From an uncultured archaeon (lineage in GTDB: Archaea; Aenigmatarchaeota; Aenigmatarchaeia; GW2011-AR5): a stretch of 18,645 bases of DNA. Both the position numbers and the translations under genes were made by a program. Location of the stretch: contig CAYJVT010000010.1 of assembly GCA_964373695.1 (NCBI GenBank), positions 10,451 to 29,095 on the forward strand, read 5' to 3'. The notes under the pieces are model-generated. The model had not been told where the DNA came from and did no database searches. It saw only the letters and a program-made list of their open reading frames with translations. Position 1 is the first letter of the stretch. The number at the start of each line of letters is the position of its first letter. Positions 1 through 6,805 of the stretch are shown here, in pieces.

Positions 1-1493
1 GCGTTGAAAGTGTTGCAGGCGGCCGAGGCAATCTGTCTGCTTATCCTGTTGCCCGCCACGTCTTCGCCGTCCACCACGACGCTGTACTGGCCGTAAGCAA
101 GATTCGCAGGTTCCGTCCTGCATGTCACCGAAGGATCTCCCTGGCTGTCGCACCTCTTCGATGCCACTGCAGTGCCGACAGAATTGAGGACCTTTATTTC
201 AACAAATTTCATGCCGCTTGCCGTCCTCGGGCTGGTCGTGCCCGGCAGATAAACATCATTTACTACTGCCGTTGCCGTGAACTGCTGGCTCCGGAGAAGT
301 TCGGTGTCTATGCTCCGGACGAACGGCCTGAGCGAGTCGATGCTGAATGAAAGCTGTGCGGGTATGGAATTGCGCTGCGGGCTGTTGTCAGTCGTCTTTA
401 TGGTGAAGGTGCACGCGGACGCGCCCTGGTACGGGCAGTTCGCGTAGCTTTCGCTTTCAGTGCCGCCAAGTCTGACGCTTAGCGGCTGGCTGCATATTCT
501 TTCCACATTGTTCTTTGTCTGCCTCGAGACGCCCGCATAAGTCACGGCACCGCTTGAATAAGAACACGTTATGCCGGACAAGTCGCTTTCAGTCACCCGT
601 ATCGAGAAATCAGCGTTCACCCATCCTGTCGGCGCACTTATAGCCTGCACAGGCGGCGTTATGTCCTTCACCTGGCCGTCTTCGTCGCACACTATGCCGC
701 CGTAATTCACGTCAGGCACCTTGCCGTAGCATCGCTGGTCAGGCGCAACTCCGTCATACAGGCAGTCTGCATCTATGACAGTCGATGCCGAGCCCAAGTC
801 CCGCGGGCACACGCCGTCGCCCGCGCCGCCTTCGTACGTCCGCCCGCATATCGTCACGCCAGTTGCCGATGTCCCGACAGGCACGAATGAATCATAAACT
901 GCGTCGTTGCCGCCAGTGTTTGCGGCGCAGCAGGCCTGATCTGTTGTAAATCCTCGAGCCGATCTTAGTTCAGGTTTCATGATGCAGCTTGAAGCAGGCT
1001 TTGCCGGACTTTTGTAGCAAACATAGTTACCGGTAGTTTGGACAGAAGGATTCTCACATGCTATTACTCTGCGATCTTTTTTGCATCCACCTTTATCTAG
1101 TGGTTTTGTTCTATCTAAAACTAAATCAGGATCCCATAAATACCCTCCCGGACACTCATGCACAATCACTTTAACTGTCTTTTGCAGTGATGTCAGAACG
1201 GAGAAAGGCGGCACGGGATTGTCTTCCACGTAACACGAGAAAGTATATTCAGTTCCGGAAAGGCTTCCGGGCAGATTCATTTTTATGAACCTGGAAGGCA
1301 TGAGATAATCAGTCGAATAGACATTTCCGGTCGCCTGGTTTGTGCATGTCATCCTCACAGGAAATGAGGGTGAATAAAAAAGCGGCTCGAACAGGACGTA
1401 GTCGCCTTTCTGCACCCTGACAACGGACTGCGCATGGGCTGTGCCGGCTATGAAAATGCTTATTATGAAAGCTACAAGTAACGCATTCCTCAT
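1..1493 (-). CDS. Large secreted/cell-surface Cys-rich protein with Ig-like (Big-type) domain; 5' part only, runs off the window's left edge
   Basis: Manual translation from ATG at 1493 stays open for about 497 codons to position 1 with no stop, which is why it is missing from the ORF track. It begins with a signal peptide (MRNALLVAFIISIFIAGTAHA/Q). Many Cys follow, then an Ig-like module bracketed by KDITPPVQAIS ... VVDGEDVAGN. TATA-like TTAATATA lies upstream on the minus strand (~1526-1533). Confidence 0.85.
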   Translation of the reverse strand, partial: MRNALLVAFIISIFIAGTAHAQSVVRVQKGDYVLFEPLFYSPSFPVRMTCTNQATGNVYSTDYLMPSRFIKMNLPGSLSGTEYTFSCYVEDNPVPPFSVLTSLQKTVKVIVHECPGGYLWDPDLVLDRTKPLDKGGCKKDRRVIACENPSVQTTGNYVCYKSPAKPASSCIMKPELRSARGFTTDQACCAANTGGNDAVYDSFVPVGTSATGVTICGRTYEGGAGDGVCPRDLGSASTVIDADCLYDGVAPDQRCYGKVPDVNYGGIVCDEDGQVKDITPPVQAISAPTGWVNADFSIRVTESDLSGITCSYSSGAVTYAGVSRQTKNNVERICSQPLSVRLGGTESESYANCPYQGASACTFTIKTTDNSPQRNSIPAQLSFSIDSLRPFVRSIDTELLRSQQFTATAVVNDVYLPGTTSPRTASGMKFVEIKVLNSVGTAVASKRCDSQGDPSVTCRTEPANLAYGQYSVVVDGEDVAGNRISRQIASAACNTFN

Positions 1494-1555
1494 TCTGACC
1501 TAATTCAAATTATGTCAAGAAGCCGTATATTAAGGTTCAAGCACAGGCGTAATGT

Positions 1556-2905
1556 CTACTGGGTTCCGTTCAGATAATCTTCCCTGTCTTTCTGGGAAAC
1601 GGCATACTGCTCAAGCTGTGTCCCGGACTTCCCGAACGCATCTGCAAATCTGAAGAAGTCGTCAAATCCTACAAAACCGTCATTGCTGAGGTCGCCTTCT
1701 ATTGCCGTAGTACCAAAAACATCGGCGAATCTGAAGAAGTCGTCAAAGTCCACTGCTCCATTGCCGTCCATGTCAGGGCTGCCCAGAGGTGGGTCTATCT
1801 GTGTGTCGGTTTCTGCGTAGACGATGTATGGAATTACTGTAGCATCTAAACTATAATTGACAATAGTAATCAGTGCTTCAAAATCCGAAGGTCTGTTGAC
1901 ATATGGAATCGAAGCCATTAGATTATCATTATTCGGACCCGCATAGGGAAGATGACCACCATCGTAAGGTGAATATCCATAGCCGGCATTCATAGGAATT
2001 GCGGCATGTCCGAATTCATGACCTGCTACTCCAACAACGCCTTCTGGACGCATGGCAGTTGGATTCACATAAACATATGCCATTAATGGTCTACCAAACT
2101 CATCTCGTATATCTTCATCAGATGCATAAACGCCAATAGGATTTGACCTTCCATCACCTCTAGTCTGGCCTTCAAAGCGAACTACTACGCCGGGCCTCGT
2201 TTCTCTGTCAACCATCCTGACTCCGAATCTGTTCGGCACTCCCATCTGTCCTGCGACTCTGTCGGTGGCTTCCTGCCACGACATGATGCCCGCGACGGCA
2301 GAATCTGCATGTGCCTGCGAAGGCGGGTTTTCGAGATAGACATTTATTGTGCCATCTGGAAATCTGCCGCCGTTTGTCATCCTCATCGCAAACATCAAAT
2401 CCTCGCCGAATTCTGACGTGTGCTTCGGCACGAGCTGGACGCCGTTTATTGCATCGTAAGTGTCAACATCGTAGTATTTGTCGCCGCCGTCTATCTGGAT
2501 TCTCGGCGCGCCGGTCGTGGGCTTCGCCGCTATCCTGCGCCTCGTTTCGCTCCTGATTATGGGAGGCGTCCAGTATAATTCCCCATCGATGTCCATGACA
2601 GCCCTCACCGGCTCTCCTGTGTAAACATCTGTGACGCTCTGGAGTGGCAGGCTTTCTTGAGCAGGCTTTGCGGCAGGCTGCGGGCCTTTCACGTATTCCA
2701 TTAGCTCGCCGGCCGCCTGATAATCGCCATGTTTGACCCTTTGCATGAGGCCTGACATGTAAGCCTTGTCTTTAGAACCAGTTCTGGTTTCCTGACTGGA
2801 ATAGAGGCTTTCCTCTTTGTATGATGTCGGCGAGTCGCCGCAGCCTACGGCGGCAAGCCCGGCTATGAGCGCAGCCCCGATGCCGAGCCTTTTGACGAAT
2901 TGCAT
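1556..2905 (-). CDS. Predicted lipoprotein: matrixin/metzincin-like Zn metallopeptidase domain plus C-terminal duplicated dockerin/EF-hand-like Ca-binding repeat
   Basis: Track ORF 1556..2914. ATG at 2905 is preferred because GTGA (SD-like) precedes it. Signal peptide with lipobox-like LAAVG/C. HEFGH zinc motif at 2006-2020, a later His (GGHLP) and a Met-turn-like NLMAS. Two repeats DMDGNGAVDFDDFFRFADVFG and DLSNDGFVGFDDFFRFADAFG. Confidence 0.8.
   Translation of the reverse strand: MQFVKRLGIGAALIAGLAAVGCGDSPTSYKEESLYSSQETRTGSKDKAYMSGLMQRVKHGDYQAAGELMEYVKGPQPAAKPAQESLPLQSVTDVYTGEPVRAVMDIDGELYWTPPIIRSETRRRIAAKPTTGAPRIQIDGGDKYYDVDTYDAINGVQLVPKHTSEFGEDLMFAMRMTNGGRFPDGTINVYLENPPSQAHADSAVAGIMSWQEATDRVAGQMGVPNRFGVRMVDRETRPGVVVRFEGQTRGDGRSNPIGVYASDEDIRDEFGRPLMAYVYVNPTAMRPEGVVGVAGHEFGHAAIPMNAGYGYSPYDGGHLPYAGPNNDNLMASIPYVNRPSDFEALITIVNYSLDATVIPYIVYAETDTQIDPPLGSPDMDGNGAVDFDDFFRFADVFGTTAIEGDLSNDGFVGFDDFFRFADAFGKSGTQLEQYAVSQKDREDYLNGTQ
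1647..1747 (-). repeat. Intragenic tandem duplication encoding the two EF-hand/dockerin-like loops
   Basis: Identical 20-mer AATCTGAAGAAGTCGTCAAA at 1647-1666 and 1728-1747 (81-nt, 27-aa period). Confidence 0.9.
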
Positions 2906-2975
2906 GAAAATCACTTGTTACTACGCATAGATAGCCATCGGAAGCTTTTAAAGGTTTGCTATGGGGGTGGTTTGT

Positions 2976-2990
2976 GAGCGGGGAGTGGTG
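2976..2990 (+). repeat. Left copy of 15-bp direct repeat GAGCGGGGAGTGGTG
   Basis: Identical to 5081-5095. The flanks are also similar (GGYGGTTT before, TTTATAA after). Confidence 0.85.
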
Positions 2991-3022
2991 GAAAATTTAT
3001 AATAACTACCCAGTAAAAATAA

Positions 3023-3049
3023 AAATCCCATCTAGTGGGATTTAAAAAG
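3023..3049 (+). promoter_or_regulatory. 8-bp inverted repeat overlapping the TATA box of the cassette's first gene
   Basis: AAATCCCA-tctag-TGGGATTT (3023-3043) runs into TTTAAAAAG (3041-3049), about 25 nt upstream of ATG 3070. There is no SD, which fits a leaderless transcript. Confidence 0.5.
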
Positions 3050-3069
3050 TCTATAATAATTAATAATAG

Positions 3070-3789
3070 ATGTCCAATATTCATTTTGCTTCTGAATTTA
3101 TAAGACGTTTGACAGGGCTTTCAGTATGCCAAAGTTCATTCTCATTTTACTCCAATGGAAATCATGGATATGATACGTCTTTTCACGAGGAATCTGGGTT
3201 TTTCATCCCAAGAGAACTCAAAGGATATATAAGATTAGATAGGTCAAAAAACGAAGAAATGAGAAGAACGGCTCACGAGGTTTCCCACGGCACCTATTTG
3301 GAGAGTATGCCAACCGGACAATTGATTGTTTCTTGTGACAGACAAATAGCCGAAGATGAATGTCACCTATTTGGAAGGCTTCTGAAAAAGGATGAAAGGC
3401 TTCTGGTTTTGACCGATAGGGGAATTGTATGCACGTATTCATCGGATGAATTGAATCAGGAAGCCGCAAGACTTGTTCCGGATGATATTGATTTGTCACA
3501 ATACGATACAGTGGCATTTCTCACAGGAGAAGATTTTGCGGATTACAGGAATTTAAGGGATGGTTACGCAAGAATGGTTTCTTCCGACATTGAAAATCAG
3601 GAAGGTTTCTGCACACTTCTTGAGGAAAAAAGTGCCATGGAATTCGATCCCGTATTTGCCGAGCAGATATTCTGGGCAAATATATCCAGAGATGATGTTT
3701 ACGGAAGGGGATTTAGAAAATTGAAGGCTATAGAAGCCCGTTATGGTCTATCAGGTGTGGTAGATTATCTGATAAAAGGAGGTGAATAG
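3070..3789 (+). CDS. Zincin (gluzincin-like) metallopeptidase-family protein, cytoplasmic
   Basis: 239 aa with AHEVSHG (HExxH), a distal QEGF glutamate as candidate third ligand, and C-terminal YGRG. No signal peptide. Confidence 0.6.
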   Translation: MSNIHFASEFIRRLTGLSVCQSSFSFYSNGNHGYDTSFHEESGFFIPRELKGYIRLDRSKNEEMRRTAHEVSHGTYLESMPTGQLIVSCDRQIAEDECHLFGRLLKKDERLLVLTDRGIVCTYSSDELNQEAARLVPDDIDLSQYDTVAFLTGEDFADYRNLRDGYARMVSSDIENQEGFCTLLEEKSAMEFDPVFAEQIFWANISRDDVYGRGFRKLKAIEARYGLSGVVDYLIKGGE

Positions 3790-4107
3790 ATGTATAGACT
3801 GAAGGCGCTATTAAGGCCAAGGGAAGATGGATTTGCATCAGCATATATGAGAGAACTCAGACCAGGAGCCTACGAACTAACAGGAACCGGATTAATTCAA
3901 TACCTATCAAGTGATACACCAGTTCCTGGAAAACCACATTTAGGCTCTATTGGAAAATGGCATGTGGATCTCTATGACGCGGATGGTAGGTTTATCTCAC
4001 CACACCATTCAATAACAATCCAAGGTCAAATGCCTGGTGATATAAGAGAACTACCGCCACCTTATGGAAGATTCGACCAACAATCAAGGCAAAGACTTTC
4101 AAGTTAA
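3790..4107 (+). CDS. Hypothetical protein (105 aa)
   Basis: Strong SD GGAGGTGA upstream. ATG abuts the stop of the upstream gene. No motif recognised. Confidence 0.7.
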   Translation: MYRLKALLRPREDGFASAYMRELRPGAYELTGTGLIQYLSSDTPVPGKPHLGSIGKWHVDLYDADGRFISPHHSITIQGQMPGDIRELPPPYGRFDQQSRQRLSS

Positions 4108-4108
4108 A

Positions 4109-4136
4109 TCTTTTATTTTTCTTTTTATTTTTTATT
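4109..4136 (+). terminator. Oligo-T tract, possible archaeal intrinsic terminator
   Basis: TCTTTTATTTTTCTTTTTATTTTTTATT directly after the 4107 stop. Confidence 0.35.
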
Positions 4137-4159
4137 GTGAATGTATAGATGGTGATATA

Positions 4160-4411
4160 ATGAAATTTGATCATGAAGAATATGGGTTTAAGATAAGAAA
4201 ATTCAATCCTCCTATACAAGAAGATGAGGTCATTCATGAGGCAACTTGTGAATTAGTTTTTAAACTAAATATGAACAAAATTGGAGAAGAAGAATATAGG
4301 ATATTAGGACCAGGACCTGCCGAAGATAGTCTCGATGTTTTGAAAGAATTAAGAAAAAGTATAGATATGGTAGTAGAATTCTTGAAAAAGAATGGTGTTT
4401 ATGAATTCTGA
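4160..4411 (+). CDS. Small acidic hypothetical protein (83 aa)
   Basis: Within track ORF 4064..4411. ATG 4160 is preceded by SD GGTGAT, while the longer N-terminus would cross a poly-T tract. Its 3' end overlaps the next gene's start. Confidence 0.7.
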   Translation: MKFDHEEYGFKIRKFNPPIQEDEVIHEATCELVFKLNMNKIGEEEYRILGPGPAEDSLDVLKELRKSIDMVVEFLKKNGVYEF

Positions 4412-5060
4412 AGTTTCTCAGTTGTTAGAAAAATTGAAAGAAGATTTAATTGAAAACTTCATGATAGATGGCATTATCCTTTTTGGCTCTTTTGTACATG
4501 GACAGGAAGATGAGAAAAGCGATATAGATCTCGCCATAATTACTGATGATGAAGAAATTTCCAGATATTTGGAAACCTATAAATGTCAAACAACGAACCC
4601 ATTTGATTTCTGGATAATACCAAAAGCTGTCCTGCAGGAAAGCGCAGAACTTCACGAATATAGATATGGAATAAATTTGCTGGCAGATGGAAGTGTTTTA
4701 TATGATAGCGGTGAGGTAGTTCTTTTAAGAAAAAGATTAAGCCAAACAAAAATAAGTGATAAGACAACTGATTTGTACAGGCGCAGAGTTGTGGAATACT
4801 CTTCTTTGGCAGAGCATCATTTGCTCCATGTATTAAGAAGCATGTATCAAGGCTCACTTAATGCTGTATTTATTTATTTTAGCAGAAAAGGTATAGAAAT
4901 AAATCCTAGGGATATTGTGAATGTAATGGAAGGCGATGAAAATCTAAGAGGGTATGTAGATTTTCTCAAAGATTTAAAGCAATCATTGAGAAACATGGAA
5001 ACAAGTCGCATCGTTGAATTTAGAGTAGGATATAGAAAATTGATAGAATATATAGCTTGA
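4401..5060 (+). CDS. Pol-beta superfamily (MNT-type) nucleotidyltransferase with C-terminal helical, possibly HEPN-like domain
   Basis: ILFGSFVHG...SDIDLAII (GS + DxD motif) and a third Asp in FDFWII. The helical C-terminal half has no clear RxxxxH. Start 4401 is preferred (GGTG upstream); the track gives 4392. Confidence 0.8.
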   Translation: MNSEVSQLLEKLKEDLIENFMIDGIILFGSFVHGQEDEKSDIDLAIITDDEEISRYLETYKCQTTNPFDFWIIPKAVLQESAELHEYRYGINLLADGSVLYDSGEVVLLRKRLSQTKISDKTTDLYRRRVVEYSSLAEHHLLHVLRSMYQGSLNAVFIYFSRKGIEINPRDIVNVMEGDENLRGYVDFLKDLKQSLRNMETSRIVEFRVGYRKLIEYIA

Positions 5061-5080
5061 TTTAACGAAGGCGGTTTCGC

Positions 5081-5095
5081 GAGCGGGGAGTGGTG
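5081..5095 (+). repeat. Right copy of 15-bp direct repeat GAGCGGGGAGTGGTG
   Basis: Identical to 2976-2990. Confidence 0.85.
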
Positions 5096-5135
5096 AGTTT
5101 ATAAGCTAAAAACCATTAATTTTGGTTCTGGCATA

Positions 5136-6299
5136 TCACAGCTTTTCTATCAATTCCTTGTGTTTGTCGATGCAGAACTGTACAAATTCTTCCGCGCTCT
5201 CGACCCTCCCTTTGTCCAGAAGGTCAAAATACATATTTTTGTAATTCGGATCGAACACGAACAACGGCAGACCGGCTTTCATCAGTACAAAGGAATGAAT
5301 AAGCCTTGCAACCCTGCCATTACCGTCAATGAAAGGATGAATTGAAACGAACAGGAAATGTATAAGGGATGCTAATATCTGGGGTTCTATTTTCTCTTTG
5401 TACTTGCCGTAGAAATTTAGCATAGCCGCCAGTTCTGCATCTATCTCTGTCTTTGAATCAGGCATCTTCGTTGCAGAGCCTATGATCCTTTTTCTCGTGT
5501 AAGAAATCTCACCCGGTTTTTCTACAAGGTTCGCCATCAAAATTATATGCAGCTTCTTTATCATTTCCAAAGACATCTCTTCTGTTTTGTATATCCTGTA
5601 GAGTTCGTCAACTGCCTTTTTCGTGTTGACTATTTCCATGACTTCCTTTGGCGAAAGCCTGGAATCAAGATTGTTAAGGACTCTTTCCACATCTTTTTCG
5701 CTGGCCGTATTTCCTTCCGTAACTGTAGTTGAGTAGATGTGCAGTTTGATAAGATGCTCCCTAAGCTTTGGCGAATCTTTCTCAATTTTGGTATGTTTGA
5801 TATTCTTCTGGAAAGCGGCAAAATCATAGCCAAATACATTTGCAAAAAATATTGTTTTATCGGTAAAATTTGCTTTGGTAATCAGCGGCCTTCTTTTTAC
5901 TACAGTTATGAATTTTATATGTCCCAGTTCTCTGGCAATCTTCAGAGTAGTTGGTTTTGAAAACATCGACTCCTCTATAAGACCGGTTTCACCCATTTCA
6001 AATATTTTATGAAACATCTGCTCATGCCTTTTTTCAAGTGGTATATTGTAGTCCATATCATCTTTCTTCACTCGCAATAGAAAAGCTAGAGTATCTGTCG
6101 TTTTATCTGTCAATGAAAGCGTTTCTTTGCTTTTTGAAGCAAGACCGTCTTTTCTTAATTCTGCCAGAAGCCGCCTTATTCTTCTTTCAGGTGTTTTCCC
6201 AAAAATCGCATTCTGCCTTAATTGCCTGATAAGTTCATCTATCTGTATATCACCATTGCTGAGATAGACTAATACATCATATTTTGTCAATAGACTCAT
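5136..6299 (-). CDS. fic: Fic-domain protein (AMP transferase) with N-terminal winged-helix-like region(s)
   Basis: Canonical Fic motif HPFIDGNGRVAR, a typical STTVTEGN segment, and an N-terminal basic helix-turn-helix-like region. Confidence 0.9.
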   Translation of the reverse strand: MSLLTKYDVLVYLSNGDIQIDELIRQLRQNAIFGKTPERRIRRLLAELRKDGLASKSKETLSLTDKTTDTLAFLLRVKKDDMDYNIPLEKRHEQMFHKIFEMGETGLIEESMFSKPTTLKIARELGHIKFITVVKRRPLITKANFTDKTIFFANVFGYDFAAFQKNIKHTKIEKDSPKLREHLIKLHIYSTTVTEGNTASEKDVERVLNNLDSRLSPKEVMEIVNTKKAVDELYRIYKTEEMSLEMIKKLHIILMANLVEKPGEISYTRKRIIGSATKMPDSKTEIDAELAAMLNFYGKYKEKIEPQILASLIHFLFVSIHPFIDGNGRVARLIHSFVLMKAGLPLFVFDPNYKNMYFDLLDKGRVESAEEFVQFCIDKHKELIEKL

Positions 6300-6363
6300 A
6301 TAGTAAAATATACATGCATAAAGTATTTAAATATATAATAATTTACATATATTTTTTACTATA
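6299..6363 (-). promoter_or_regulatory. Fic promoter: TATA box enclosed by a 10-bp inverted repeat
   Basis: TTTAAATA on the minus strand at 6324-6331, 25 nt from ATG. TATAGTAAAA (6299-6308) and TTTTACTATA (6354-6363) are exact reverse complements. Confidence 0.55.
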
Positions 6364-6410
6364 GATGTGTAAAGTAAAAAACGTATGTATTTCATCTTTT
6401 CCTTTTCATA

Positions 6411-6509
6411 GCGTTTGACAAAGACAGTCCAGAATTTGACCTAGACAGCGATGGAAATGTGGGATTCGGCAATTTCTTCATATTCGCGGACAACTTCGGG
6501 AAGACTGCG
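6411..6509 (+). pseudogene. Orphan fragment of a dockerin/EF-hand-like repeat
   Basis: Translates AFDKDSPEFDLDSDGNVGFGNFFIFADNFGKTA, clearly homologous to the C-terminal repeats of 1556..2905. There is an in-frame stop upstream (6375) and no start codon before the motif. Confidence 0.75.
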
Positions 6510-6734
6510 CGTTTCGTGAGCATGCTTCTTGTATTTTCCCCACTTCACGCTCATATAGAAAAAACCTATTCTTAACAAAAAGGGGCTATTATTTCTGTTT
6601 ATATAAATCTGTAGGTTAAAATTGGGAATGTTTTAAACATCATATTTTATGATTTCCCAGATGACATTTATTTAACAGCTCAGAAAATCGTCATTTCTCG
6701 TCAGTAATTTCACTCTCCCAGCACCAAAAACAAT

Positions 6735-6791
6735 ATTTAAATGAGACCTGCATATTGTAGCTTGGTGTTAAAAAAGCACTACAGCTAGGGG
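6735..6791 (+). promoter_or_regulatory. nrdR-nrdJ promoter: TATA box followed by two tandem NrdR-box-like sites
   Basis: ATTTAAAT at 6735-6742. Box1 GACCTGCATATTGTAG (6745-6760) and box2 GCACTACAGCTAGGGG (6776-6791) match 9/16 and 10/16 of consensus acaCwAtATaTwGtgt. Each keeps 5 of the 6 strongly conserved bases, and they are 31 bp apart start to start. Confidence 0.6.
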
Positions 6792-6805
6792 TGTAGCAAG
6801 CGTTT

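Noticed and set aside
2976-2990. tRNA gene at the direct repeats
   Set aside because: Only an ~11-nt resemblance to a tRNA 3' end. No T-loop (TTCRA), D-arm or anticodon arm adjoins either copy.
2976-5095. Casposon or IS with a 15-bp target-site duplication
   Set aside because: No terminal inverted repeats inside the direct repeats, and no Cas1, PolB, transposase or integrase.
6411-6509. Diversity-generating retroelement template repeat for the lipoprotein C-terminus
   Set aside because: Mismatches to both repeats include many non-adenine and synonymous changes (TTC/TTT, GCG/GCC, GAC/GAT), and there is no reverse transcriptase in the window.
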